64,000 nt of DNA. Origin: Methanobacteriota archaeon. GTDB taxonomy: Archaea; Thermoplasmatota; Poseidoniia; Poseidoniales; Poseidoniaceae. The stretch is from contig NZFU01000002.1 of the NCBI GenBank assembly GCA_002689345.1, positions 8,438 through 72,437 on the forward strand, given 5' to 3'. A program made the position numbers and the translations under genes. Below, in pieces: positions 26,229-36,542 of the stretch (within the stretch, counting starts at the first letter, position 1; each line of letters starts with the position of its first letter). Below the pieces are notes generated by a model. It worked only from the letters and a program-made list of their open reading frames with translations. It had not been told where the DNA came from and made no database searches.

Positions 26229-28586
26229 ATGGAGGGTAGTTTGAGATCTAGGCTCATTCTATCTATTACCGTTATTATTTTGGGAATAACACCCATTATT
26301 TCAGCAAATCCAAGCGGGTTGACATACTTAGACTCAACATGGTCTACCTACGATGCTGAAGATGGAGAATTAGTCGATATAAACTCAAACCATACTATTG
26401 TGGCATCTGTTCATGACGATAAGGTAATTTTGTTCAATTCTTCATCATTGGAAAAAATTGCAACCTTTCCATTTGACAGGATATCTACAATCAAGTTTTC
26501 TCCAAGTGGGGACTTATTGGCTGTGAATAAAGTTACTAGTACTCAAAATAAAGATTCGTTAAAACTCATTGACGTCGCTTCACTTACAGTTTTGGAACAG
26601 AGCGGAATATCTGATGGTAAAGCAAAAGATATCGATTGGAGTAATGATGGACAAATAATAGCAGCACCTGGCCCTGATGGTGATGTAGAACTATACAAGC
26701 GCTCAGATTTATCTGTCAAAGATACGCTACATAGCGTCCATAATGTTGATGTGAACTGTATTGATTACAGATTTGATGATGCATATGTGATAACTGGAGA
26801 TGAATCTGGACGATATGCTGTTTGGAATACTACTAGTGAGGGTGCCAGCCATAGAGAGGGTGATTATCGCGAATATGATGAAAACCTCTTAGATTGTAAA
26901 TTCACTCCGAATGGAGAAGATATAGTATTACTTGGGGAAAGTGGGGAAATAACCTCCAGAGGATTTCCTGATTGGGGAGTAATTCACCAAAATACAATAG
27001 AAGGTGCGAAAGAAATACTCTTTTCCAAATCTGGCACTAGAATGCATGTATTGGTGGAATCTGATGATTTCAGAGGTTTGCTAACATACGATTATGATAC
27101 GTTTAGCGAGATTAAGCGAACCACATTTTTCCACAATGTCGAAGATATCGCCTTCATCGAGGATGAATATAGTCGCCTTCAAGCATTATATGTTGCAGGA
27201 GGGACTGGCCAAATCTCTGTATATCTGAGGGATTATACTCCTGATGGTTTCAACGAACCTGGTGCAGATTTAGATGGTGACCTGGTGCCAGATAACTTGG
27301 ACCCGGATGATGATGGCGACGGATTGATTGATGATTGGGATAACGACATCGGCTGTGATGCACCAGATGGTACTCCTTGCTCCCAATATGCAGATTTAAC
27401 TAAAATTCGAAGCATCGAGATAGATGTTGGTGAGGAATTCACTATACGCGATAGAATAACACTTCCAACAGAAGATTCCAGCAATATTAGAAACTTGAGT
27501 CGCAATGCAATAGCGGTTGATCAGAAAATAAGCTCACATGAGGCGCAACTCTTTGCCGATGCAATGTGCTCGAATATGGATCATGGAGACATTATCGAAC
27601 AGTGGAGAGAATCCATTGGATTATCGAATGGTAAATTGGGAGAGGCGGTAGTGCATTGCATACTCGATGATGGAATGACTTTTGTTAAAATTGGAGACTC
27701 ATCGACTCAAATTACACTTTCTGTGATTACAACATTCACTTATCAAAGTAATATCACGCTCCCCCTTAACATTACACTAAACCGGCAACCACTACCTACT
27801 GATGGCTCGATAGGTTGGCTAGCCCCCTCTCATCCAATCGCTTTGTCGTTCAGTGGCAAAGGGATTATTGGAGAAGAGATTCCAATGTGGCAAAATAAGG
27901 ATGGCGATGTTGTAAAAGTAGAATTAGAACCAATGATTGAACAGGAGCCCACTATATTGGAAACAGCCCTAGATTGGGCTCTACATCCAATTGCATTTGT
28001 ATTTTATTTAGCTGGAATAATAGCCTTGGGAACTCTATGGATTAGAAGGGAAAATCAAATTGATATCGATTTGGATGATGACATGGATGATGACATGGAT
28101 GAGAATTCAGATGATGATGATGATGAAGATGATGATTTAGATGAAGAATTTGAAAATCAATCTGATGATGATTCGAACGATATTGTAAATGATGAAGAGC
28201 CTAAAGAGAGGCCAAAACGTACCCCTCCTAGCAAAGAACGTACTATGTACACAACATCGCCACAACAATCACTGGCGAAAAAGAAGAAAGTAAATCCGAC
28301 CACCTTGAATAAAGATGGACCAATAATGAAAACTAAGCGTAAACGATTGATTGCTCCTGAAGATGAGCCTATTGTTGCTAAGAAGAAAGTTATAGTTGCG
28401 CCAGTTGAGCCTAAGATTAAGAAAAGAAAGGTGAAGGTTGTTCAAGAAACAGTTCCAGAAGAGCCTAAGAAGAAAAAACGTAAATCGGTTCGTAGGAAGG
28501 GCAAAACTAAATCTAAATCATCTAAAAAAATCGATGAGAAGAATCTCCAAGACAATCTTGTAAACGATTTCCTGTCTGAAGATTGA
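26229..28586 (+). CDS. Membrane-anchored WD40/beta-propeller protein with a signal peptide, a C-terminal TM helix, and then a cytoplasmic polyacidic plus polybasic tail
   Basis: The signal peptide is MEGSLRSRLILSITVIILGITPIISANP. WD-like blades follow. The TM helix is IAFVFYLAGIIALGTLWI, followed by DDDMDDDMDENSDDDDDEDDD and then KKKK/KRKR-rich C-terminal 150 aa. The ORF-track start at 26124 is TTG. The ATG at 26229 gives a clean signal peptide. Confidence 0.55.
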   Translation: MEGSLRSRLILSITVIILGITPIISANPSGLTYLDSTWSTYDAEDGELVDINSNHTIVASVHDDKVILFNSSSLEKIATFPFDRISTIKFSPSGDLLAVNKVTSTQNKDSLKLIDVASLTVLEQSGISDGKAKDIDWSNDGQIIAAPGPDGDVELYKRSDLSVKDTLHSVHNVDVNCIDYRFDDAYVITGDESGRYAVWNTTSEGASHREGDYREYDENLLDCKFTPNGEDIVLLGESGEITSRGFPDWGVIHQNTIEGAKEILFSKSGTRMHVLVESDDFRGLLTYDYDTFSEIKRTTFFHNVEDIAFIEDEYSRLQALYVAGGTGQISVYLRDYTPDGFNEPGADLDGDLVPDNLDPDDDGDGLIDDWDNDIGCDAPDGTPCSQYADLTKIRSIEIDVGEEFTIRDRITLPTEDSSNIRNLSRNAIAVDQKISSHEAQLFADAMCSNMDHGDIIEQWRESIGLSNGKLGEAVVHCILDDGMTFVKIGDSSTQITLSVITTFTYQSNITLPLNITLNRQPLPTDGSIGWLAPSHPIALSFSGKGIIGEEIPMWQNKDGDVVKVELEPMIEQEPTILETALDWALHPIAFVFYLAGIIALGTLWIRRENQIDIDLDDDMDDDMDENSDDDDDEDDDLDEEFENQSDDDSNDIVNDEEPKERPKRTPPSKERTMYTTSPQQSLAKKKKVNPTTLNKDGPIMKTKRKRLIAPEDEPIVAKKKVIVAPVEPKIKKRKVKVVQETVPEEPKKKKRKSVRRKGKTKSKSSKKIDEKNLQDNLVNDFLSED

Positions 28587-29375
28587 TCACCAGGCCATAA
28601 CCGGATCTTCTTCCATGTTACATGCTAGTTTGAGGAACTGCTGCAACCCTTCCATGTCCTCTGTGTCCATTCGATTTATCACTTCACCAAAATAACGTTG
28701 TAATCTCTCTATGGTTTGCGAGGATTTCCTACTACTGATATTGATTACATCATTTCTGACATTACTACTATTTTCAAAATCAACCAATCTTTTCAGCAAG
28801 GCTGCATGAGCTGTTTTGACAGACTCGATGTCTGAATCCTTCCTAGCAGCAAATACTCCGAACACCATTGGATGACCGCTTACCATATTCCATTCTTCTC
28901 CTAAGTCCATACGAACTAATTCGGGAAAATCTCTAGATGCTTCTAAAGCACGGTCGCCGATTAACAAACACCCATCGCATGTGTTTAGCATTCCTTCTAA
29001 ATCAGGACCCATCTCGGTATAAGAGGGATTTAGATTTCTTTTTTCGATTAGAAACTTGAGTAAAGCAACAGATGTGGCGGAATCGGAGGGGAGTGCTATG
29101 GATTTCATATCTTTGATTCTAGATGAGCCGAATAAAAGTACACTTCCAACCTCGCCCTTGCTAGAGATAGATAAATCTGGGACTAAAACCAAGTCATGAC
29201 TATTTTTTGCATAATCGGCAGCCGGAATTGGGGCCAGAATACAATCCCTGCGTAACAAATGACCAGTTAGCCATGATGGCGGCGCAGGTAACACCTTCCA
29301 TGAATTATCAAGGCCATAGAACAGTGGTTCACAATTAATGAATGATACACGGCCAATTGTTCTATCCCAAGACAT
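28587..29375 (-). CDS. mqnA: Chorismate dehydratase (futalosine pathway) MqnA
   Basis: It has the TIGRVSFINCEPLFYGL N-terminus typical of MqnA. The protein is 262 aa. It is adjacent to a radical-SAM mqn gene. Confidence 0.65.
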   Translation of the reverse strand: MSWDRTIGRVSFINCEPLFYGLDNSWKVLPAPPSWLTGHLLRRDCILAPIPAADYAKNSHDLVLVPDLSISSKGEVGSVLLFGSSRIKDMKSIALPSDSATSVALLKFLIEKRNLNPSYTEMGPDLEGMLNTCDGCLLIGDRALEASRDFPELVRMDLGEEWNMVSGHPMVFGVFAARKDSDIESVKTAHAALLKRLVDFENSSNVRNDVINISSRKSSQTIERLQRYFGEVINRMDTEDMEGLQQFLKLACNMEEDPVMAW

Positions 29376-30578
29376 CTAATCACCTGTAGCCATACGTAAA
29401 CTCCGACGTTCGGGTACATTTGGTATTATGTATTTTTCAAAGGATGAATATGTGGTGTTTCTCTGTATGGGTACTGAACCTGAATTTTCTACGATTTTTG
29501 CTAACTTAGCACCATCGTGATTCAATGGCGCGGTTGAGCCCGCCAAGTGCATAATAGATTCCTTGTGTACGGTGCCATCAATATCGTCAGCACCATACTG
29601 TAATGCCAATTCTGTCATTTCGTCACCAATATTCATACGATATGCCTTGATATGTGGTATATTGTTTAACATTAGACGAGAAACGGCTATCACTCTAAGA
29701 ATCTCAGTCCCAGTAGCTAATTGGGCTTCAGGTAAGCGTGAATCATCGGGCAAGAACGGATATGGTACGAAGCATTGGAAACCAGAGGTTTCAGATTGTA
29801 ACTCCCTCAATTTCAATAAATGAGTGATTCTTTGATCATTTGTTTCCACCGTCCCAAATAGCATTGTACAATTGGTAGGAATATCGAGCGAATGGGCTGT
29901 TCGATGGATTTCAAGATATTCTTCAGAAGATTCCTTTCCTTTGCAAATAATTTCTCGCACACTGTCATCTAAAATTTCGGCTCCTCCTCCAGGAAGGGAT
30001 CCTAGGCCTGAATCCTTCAATTGCTGTAGTACCTGTTCGATCGAGCAATTTGAAAGGCCAGCAATATGCTTGATTTCGACAGCGGTCAATGCTTTGATGT
30101 GAATGTGAGGGAACTCTTCTTTTACTTGGCTAAATAGTTCACAATAATATTCAGCATCCCAGTCGGGATGAAGCCCTCCTACTGAGTGAACTTCATCAAC
30201 ATGAGATGAATAGGTACGCAAATCTTCGATATATTCGGATATCTCCATCTGGTAAGCATCTGCTGCTCTTCGCCCCCTTCTGAATGCACAAAACTTGCAA
30301 GCAAGAGTGCATATATTCGTTTGATTGATGTGTACGTTCATATTGAAAAACACATGATTACCAAACCTTGCTTGTTTAACCAAATTTGCGATTTGCCCAA
30401 TTACATCTAATTCCTTAGAAGTGAAAAGGAAATTACCATCATCTCTAGAAAGCGGAATATTTTTTGACAACTTTTCAATAATTTCGGCAAACGAATCAGG
30501 CCATGATTGACTAAGCAAAGAATGAGACAGGTTTTGCTGCCAATCGGCCAACTCACCTGCTGCCATGGTTTTGCGCAC
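29376..30578 (-). CDS. Radical SAM menaquinone biosynthesis enzyme (MqnC or MqnE family)
   Basis: It has the CTLACKFCAF (CxxxCxxC) motif. The protein is 400 aa. It is in an operon with mqnA. MqnC and MqnE cannot be distinguished by eye. Confidence 0.65.
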   Translation of the reverse strand: MRKTMAAGELADWQQNLSHSLLSQSWPDSFAEIIEKLSKNIPLSRDDGNFLFTSKELDVIGQIANLVKQARFGNHVFFNMNVHINQTNICTLACKFCAFRRGRRAADAYQMEISEYIEDLRTYSSHVDEVHSVGGLHPDWDAEYYCELFSQVKEEFPHIHIKALTAVEIKHIAGLSNCSIEQVLQQLKDSGLGSLPGGGAEILDDSVREIICKGKESSEEYLEIHRTAHSLDIPTNCTMLFGTVETNDQRITHLLKLRELQSETSGFQCFVPYPFLPDDSRLPEAQLATGTEILRVIAVSRLMLNNIPHIKAYRMNIGDEMTELALQYGADDIDGTVHKESIMHLAGSTAPLNHDGAKLAKIVENSGSVPIQRNTTYSSFEKYIIPNVPERRSLRMATGD

Positions 30579-30603
30579 GCACCCCAGTTATTGAATCCAA
30601 CCC

Positions 30604-33426
30604 TCAGGTGCGACGGTTAGTTCTAACACGGAATATACCAGTAGATTGCAATAACTTGCGGAATTCCTCAATCATAAACACAGTGCTGGCCACTAATATG
30701 ACAATGAACCAATCTGCTCTTTCCAAAGGAGTAGTCGATAATAATTCGCCGACTTCAAAATTCGTAAGCGGTATGGACCATTCAGCTCCTTGTACTGCGA
30801 TTAGTAACAGTGACATCGAGAAGAAGACTGCGAGATAAATTGCTCTGTTGGAGAATAGACCCAGTTTAAACACACTGTCTTCACTGCTACGGCAATTCAT
30901 TACATTGAATAATTGATAGACGATAAACACACTGAAACACATCGTCCTTGCATAAGCATCACCGTTACTTAGAGCCAAATAGTAAACGATTAGAGTTCCA
31001 GTAACCATGACTGCACCGAGGTAGAATATCAAAAGTAAGTCTTTGAGATTGGGGAGAGATTCGTCTACTGGGCGCGGAGGCCGGTCCATGACATTAGAGT
31101 GCTTTCTTTCAACACCTAATGCAACGGCAGGTGGCCCATCCATCAGAATATTGATCACAAGTATTTGGGTTGCCGTCAAGGGCAATGGCCATTGGAATAC
31201 GACGGATGCTAGCATTAGTAATGCTACGGCAGCGACATTTGTTGAGACTTGATATCGTACGAAATTTCGTATATTGGCGTATATTTTACGCCCTTCCTCT
31301 ACCGCATTGACGATATTAGCAAAATTGTCATCTTGCAATACCATATCAGATGCGTCTTTAGCAACGTCTGTTCCAGCAATACCCATTGAAATGCCGATAT
31401 TTGCGCGGGATAATGCAGGTGCGTCATTTACTCCATCGCCAGTCATGGCAACAACTTCTCCCTCGTCTTGTAGCGCTGTTACAATGCGCATTTTCTGTTC
31501 AGGAGTTACGCGACTAAAGATAGCAGCGCCCTTAACAATATCACGCATAGCCTCATCATCGAGAACCTCCAATCTATCTCCACCGATAGATTCGATATGT
31601 GGTTTTGTAATGTTTAGGTCTTCTCCAATAGACTGAGCGGTCATTTGCTGGTCCCCTGTTATCATCTTTACACGGATACCTGCCTTTTGGCACCTGGCTA
31701 TAGCATCATAAACCTCAGCACGAGGTGGGTCCATAATTCCAACCATTCCAAGGAAAATCAGATTGTCTTCCATTGTAGTCATATCAGTAGTATCTTCTCC
31801 AGGTTCAACCTTCCTAGCACACAATGCAATAACTCTCATAGCTTTACTAGCCATGTCACTATTAGCATTCGAAGCGTATTCAAAGTCCCCCTTCTCAATA
31901 GGAACAATTTCGCCATTGTTAACTTTCCACTTCACCAGTTGTTTGAAACCACCCGCACCACCTTTGGAAAACACCCATTGGTCGCCTTCATATTCATGAA
32001 TCACAGACATTCTTTTACGGTCCGTATTGAAGAAGAATTCATGCCTGCGCGGATGTCTTTGAGCAAACTTAGCTACTGAGCCATTAATCTTGTACCCCAA
32101 AACTGCACAAGCACTGTCAGTAGGATCTCCGATAGCTGACCATTGGCCATCGACTTCCGCTATTTGTGAATTATGGCATAAAGATAGACAGGTTGCAGCC
32201 AATCGGAATCCCAAATCGCTTTGTAATTCAGCCATTTCTTCATCGCTTAATTCTTCACCATCGTGCATTAGCTTGCCTTCAGGGCGGAAACCTTCGCCAC
32301 TAATTCCAAACGTCTTTGTTGGTAACATCAAACGTCTAACAGTCATCTGATTCTTAGTTAGTGTACCAGTCTTATCTGTACAAATAACGGTTGTTGACCC
32401 TAGTGTTTCAACAGCCTTCATTCTACGAATGATAGCCTTGTGCCTAGCCATATTCCTCATACCAATAGCCAAAGTGGTTACCAAAATTATCGGCAACCCT
32501 TCTGGTACAATAGCCACGAATATTGCAATAGCGATCAAGAGTTGTGCTTTGGCTTCTTTGACTAAATCGCCACCATCGACATATGCTAATATCAATTCGA
32601 TTGAAACGATTAATGTTGCAACTATTAGAGCGATGAAGCCTAGGAATTTTCCGAGTGATTCCAATTTATGCTCTAGCGGTGTTTTCGGAGTTTCAGCCTC
32701 GGCAATATCGCTGGCAATGCGGCCAAGTTCAGTACTCATGCCAGTGGAAGTAACAATTCCTACAGCCCTGCCTGTGGAGATTGTTGTACCCATGTAAAGC
32801 ATGTTTTTCCTATCGGCTAGTAACGTTTCAGGAGGTAGAGGGTCAGTAGTGACCTTTGCAGGCATCGATTCGCCAGTTAGGGCAGATTCGTGCACTTTAC
32901 ATTGCCATGACTCATTAACGCGTAAATCAGCAGGAACGTTGAGACCTTCCTCGATTTTAACTATATCACCAGGGACCAACTGAGTAGTGCTCAACTCAAT
33001 TTCCATTCCATCTCTACAGACGACACATCTCGAGATTGTCATCTGTTTTAGAGCACCCATCTCTTGTTCAGCCTTATTTTCCTGCCAAAAGCCGAAGAAG
33101 GCGTTAGCGGTCAAAACAATAGCGATGAATATGGCATCTCCTGGTTGATCGGGATGAGTGGCTAAAGCAAGTAGAGCCGCCCCTATTAGCAAATAATTCA
33201 AAGGATCATGATATTGAGAAATAAAACGAATGAAATTAGAAGTTTTCTCGGGTTCTTGTAATTTATTCTCACCGAATTCCTCCAATCGCTTTTCGGCCTC
33301 TGAAGAAGTTAATCCACCAAGAGGGGTGTCGAGGTCAAGCAGTACATCTTCACTACTCTTGGTATGCCATAAAATATCTGACATGATATCACCAAGGCTG
33401 GATGCCCTTATATTGCGGTATAACAC
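30604..33426 (-). CDS. P-type ATPase, Ca2+-transporting (P2 type)
   Basis: It has the phosphorylation motif ICTDKTGTLT and the TGES-like SALTGES motif. The hinge MTGDGVNDAPAL is present. The protein is 940 aa with 10 TM helices. Confidence 0.85.
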   Translation of the reverse strand: MLYRNIRASSLGDIMSDILWHTKSSEDVLLDLDTPLGGLTSSEAEKRLEEFGENKLQEPEKTSNFIRFISQYHDPLNYLLIGAALLALATHPDQPGDAIFIAIVLTANAFFGFWQENKAEQEMGALKQMTISRCVVCRDGMEIELSTTQLVPGDIVKIEEGLNVPADLRVNESWQCKVHESALTGESMPAKVTTDPLPPETLLADRKNMLYMGTTISTGRAVGIVTSTGMSTELGRIASDIAEAETPKTPLEHKLESLGKFLGFIALIVATLIVSIELILAYVDGGDLVKEAKAQLLIAIAIFVAIVPEGLPIILVTTLAIGMRNMARHKAIIRRMKAVETLGSTTVICTDKTGTLTKNQMTVRRLMLPTKTFGISGEGFRPEGKLMHDGEELSDEEMAELQSDLGFRLAATCLSLCHNSQIAEVDGQWSAIGDPTDSACAVLGYKINGSVAKFAQRHPRRHEFFFNTDRKRMSVIHEYEGDQWVFSKGGAGGFKQLVKWKVNNGEIVPIEKGDFEYASNANSDMASKAMRVIALCARKVEPGEDTTDMTTMEDNLIFLGMVGIMDPPRAEVYDAIARCQKAGIRVKMITGDQQMTAQSIGEDLNITKPHIESIGGDRLEVLDDEAMRDIVKGAAIFSRVTPEQKMRIVTALQDEGEVVAMTGDGVNDAPALSRANIGISMGIAGTDVAKDASDMVLQDDNFANIVNAVEEGRKIYANIRNFVRYQVSTNVAAVALLMLASVVFQWPLPLTATQILVINILMDGPPAVALGVERKHSNVMDRPPRPVDESLPNLKDLLLIFYLGAVMVTGTLIVYYLALSNGDAYARTMCFSVFIVYQLFNVMNCRSSEDSVFKLGLFSNRAIYLAVFFSMSLLLIAVQGAEWSIPLTNFEVGELLSTTPLERADWFIVILVASTVFMIEEFRKLLQSTGIFRVRTNRRT

Positions 33427-33504
33427 CGACTTATGATTATACGGGTGGGAATCCCATTCAATTATAGCCGATTATTTCACATGCCGGTTATTTGTGGGAC
33501 CTCT

Positions 33505-35652
33505 ATGAGCGGAGCAGGAGAGCCATGGATTCCCGCTGATAGAAATGTCAAGGAATTGACTACACGTGTCATCATCATTGGTATTTTGTTAGGCGGAATT
33601 ATGACTGCTGCAAACGCCTATCTTGGGCTATATGTTGGAATGACAGTCTCAGCTTCAATTCCAGCTGCTGTAATGAGTATGATTATTTTGAGGGGTTTGA
33701 AATTTAAGGATGTGACAATTCTTGAGAACAATTCCGTTCAAACTATGGCTAGTGCAGGAGAATCATTGGCTGCAGGTGTTATTTTCACAGTACCTGCTTT
33801 ACTGGTAATCGGAATATGGAATGATATTCAATGGCTAGAAACTTTCCTTATTGCCATTTTAGGTGGTCTGCTAGGTACTATGTTCACAATAGCATTGAGG
33901 AGACTATTCATTGTTGAAGAAGCATTGCCTTATCCAGAAGGAGTCGCATGCAGAGAAGTACTAGTGGCTGGTGAAAAAGGTGGTTCTGGATTGATTGCAA
34001 TTATCTATGCCCTATTGATTGGAGCAACTTATGGTTGGATGGTTAAAGCATTCAAAGCCACTCATGCACACGTAGAAGGTGTAGCAAGTACCTTGGGAAC
34101 TAGATTTTATGGTGGTGGTGAATTATCATTGGCTTTACTATCTGTAGGATACATTGTAGGATTAAGGATCGCATCCTTCATATTCCTTGGAGGAGTTGTA
34201 GGATTCGCGATATTAGTGCCCATTTATGGTCTGATGAATGGTTTTCCAAATGGCTCTGGAATGTTGGAGTCAATTGTAACAGCTGATTACTACGCGGTTT
34301 GGTCGGAACAAATTCGTTATGTTGGTGTCGGAGCAATGGTCGTAGGCGGTGTATACACGCTATGGTCGATGCGTAAAACAATTGCAGAAGGATTGCTCAA
34401 GGCGTTCAAAAAATCAGATGGCGACTCGGAACAATTGCGAACAGAAATGGATTTACCATTGGATAAAGTGATGATATTTTGTGGGATATTAGTCATCTTA
34501 ATTTTCCTATTCTATTGGTATGCAACAGGAAATGTGATGATGGCTTTAGCAGGCGCACTTTTCCTAGCAGTGGTTTCTTTCTTCTTTGCCGCAGTTGCAG
34601 GATATATTGCCGGAGTTGTAGGCTCTTCGAATTCGCCAGTATCTGGAATGACAATTGCAACCCTTCTATTCACAATCGGATTAGTTTGGGTAGTTGGCGG
34701 ATTAATCATGAAGATGGAAGAAACCGATATGATGGTTGCAACTATGTTTATTGCAGCAATAGTGGCAACTTCGGCCGCTATAGCGGGCGATGTAATGCAA
34801 GACCTGAAAACTGGTCATATGCTTGGTGCAACACCTTGGAGACAACAGATTGCTGAAATCATAGGCGTTACTGTTGGAGCACTAGTTATAGGTCCTGTAC
34901 TTTCAATACTTCATGATGCCTTTCAGATTTCTAAGACGGCCTGTGCAGCAACAAATTCTCGACTTACTGCAGATGGTGCAGAATCATGGGAATTGTATAA
35001 TTGTAGTGATGCACTATTCGCCCCACAAGCAGAACTGATAGGTGCTATTGTACAGGGTGCATTTGGTGGAGATCTTAATCTGCCAATGGTTTTACTAGGT
35101 GCTGCAATAGCAATAATTTTGATTAAATTAGCAATGCCAGTAATGAGTGTCGCTATTGGAATATATCTACCTCTGTCATTATCTGTTCCAATCATGGCAG
35201 GAGGAATAATTTCACATGTTCTTCTTTCGAGTGCTAGATTACGCATAGATGGTACATTGGATGGAAAGCCTTCAGAAAAAGCAATTTTGGCAACAAAGGA
35301 AGTACAGGACAAGGGCGTTCTTATTGGGGCAGGATTCATCGCAGGCGAGTCTCTGATGGGTGTACTATTGGCAGTATTCATTGTACTAGATAATAAATAT
35401 TCAAACTTAGGTATTCTACCTTCAGATTGGTTTGGAGGCATCGGCACATTAGGTAATCTTGCATCGCTGCTATTCTTTGGATGGTTCGTTGCAGTATTCA
35501 TCATGCTTTCAGCACGCGCTTTGCCAAAGAAAGGAAATCTTGGAGGCGACTTTGTATATGTTCTATCCGATGCTGCTAAGAGGTTGAAAGTAGCACTGAG
35601 TCCGCCGCCATTATCTGATTTTATTGTTAAAGAAAATTCCAAGGATGAATAA
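33505..35652 (+). CDS. OPT family oligopeptide transporter
   Basis: It is about 715 aa with about 16 TM helices and OPT-like motifs. The first convincing start is the ATG at 33505. Alternatives are 33481 and 33433. Confidence 0.75.
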   Translation: MSGAGEPWIPADRNVKELTTRVIIIGILLGGIMTAANAYLGLYVGMTVSASIPAAVMSMIILRGLKFKDVTILENNSVQTMASAGESLAAGVIFTVPALLVIGIWNDIQWLETFLIAILGGLLGTMFTIALRRLFIVEEALPYPEGVACREVLVAGEKGGSGLIAIIYALLIGATYGWMVKAFKATHAHVEGVASTLGTRFYGGGELSLALLSVGYIVGLRIASFIFLGGVVGFAILVPIYGLMNGFPNGSGMLESIVTADYYAVWSEQIRYVGVGAMVVGGVYTLWSMRKTIAEGLLKAFKKSDGDSEQLRTEMDLPLDKVMIFCGILVILIFLFYWYATGNVMMALAGALFLAVVSFFFAAVAGYIAGVVGSSNSPVSGMTIATLLFTIGLVWVVGGLIMKMEETDMMVATMFIAAIVATSAAIAGDVMQDLKTGHMLGATPWRQQIAEIIGVTVGALVIGPVLSILHDAFQISKTACAATNSRLTADGAESWELYNCSDALFAPQAELIGAIVQGAFGGDLNLPMVLLGAAIAIILIKLAMPVMSVAIGIYLPLSLSVPIMAGGIISHVLLSSARLRIDGTLDGKPSEKAILATKEVQDKGVLIGAGFIAGESLMGVLLAVFIVLDNKYSNLGILPSDWFGGIGTLGNLASLLFFGWFVAVFIMLSARALPKKGNLGGDFVYVLSDAAKRLKVALSPPPLSDFIVKENSKDE

Positions 35653-35687
35653 TTATCTTTGAACACAACCATCAAAGGCCATAGTCG

Positions 35688-36542
35688 ATGGGCATTTCTT
35701 CGGAAGGGTCTATTGTGGCTGGCATGAGTATCTCTGAATTAGAAGAAATGGCAAGAAAATGCCGGATTGAAATTTGTAAAATGACTCATCGTGCCCAAGC
35801 AGGTCACCCTGGTGGTTCACTTTCCGAAATTGACATTTTATGCGCTCTTTATGGACACAGGCTTCGTGCAAAACCTGACGACCCTGATTGGAATGATCGA
35901 GATCGATTCATCCTATCAAAAGGCCATGCATCTCCAGGAATGTATGCGGTTCTAGCTGAAATGGGGTTCATTACCCATGAGGATTTGAAAACTTACAGAG
36001 TAAAGGGCGGTGTATGCCAAGGCCACGTCGATATGAAGTGGTGCCCAGGTGTCGACTTTTCAGCAGGTAGTTTAGGAATGGGACTGTCTTTTGGCATGGG
36101 CTGTGCTGTAGCGGCAAATATTGACCAATCAGAAAGAAACGCATACGTAATGGTTGGAGATGGTGAAATTCAAGAAGGTAGTATATGGGAGGCTGCAATG
36201 GCGGCTGCTCATCATGAATTGGGTAATCTAAAACTATTTTTGGATTGTAATGGAATCCAAAATGATGATTTCTGTGAAGCGCAGATGCGTATGTTCGATA
36301 TTCCTGCAAAGTGGAATTCCTTTGGCTGGGCTGTCAAAGTCATCGATGGACACAATATGTCCGATATTGTTGATGCAATAGATTGGATGGATACAGTGAA
36401 GGACAAACCGGCAGTAGTGATTGCTCAGACTGTTAAAGGCAAAGGAGTATCGTTTATGGAAAACAATCCTGCCTTCCATGGTGCAGCGCCTTCTGACGAA
36501 CAATTGGCTCAAGCACTATCTGAATTGGGGGTGAGCGCATGA
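35688..36542 (+). CDS. Transketolase, N-terminal (TPP-binding) subunit
   Basis: It has the GHPGGSLS and GDGE..EGS motifs. It is a split archaeal-type transketolase. An alternative ATG lies at 35724. Confidence 0.85.
   Translation: MGISSEGSIVAGMSISELEEMARKCRIEICKMTHRAQAGHPGGSLSEIDILCALYGHRLRAKPDDPDWNDRDRFILSKGHASPGMYAVLAEMGFITHEDLKTYRVKGGVCQGHVDMKWCPGVDFSAGSLGMGLSFGMGCAVAANIDQSERNAYVMVGDGEIQEGSIWEAAMAAAHHELGNLKLFLDCNGIQNDDFCEAQMRMFDIPAKWNSFGWAVKVIDGHNMSDIVDAIDWMDTVKDKPAVVIAQTVKGKGVSFMENNPAFHGAAPSDEQLAQALSELGVSA

Noticed and set aside
34923-35675. 250-aa antisense ORF inside the OPT transporter gene
   Set aside because: It lies entirely antisense to a well-supported 16-TM transporter and has an Ser/Ala/Pro-rich low-complexity translation. 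It is a typical spurious antisense ORF.
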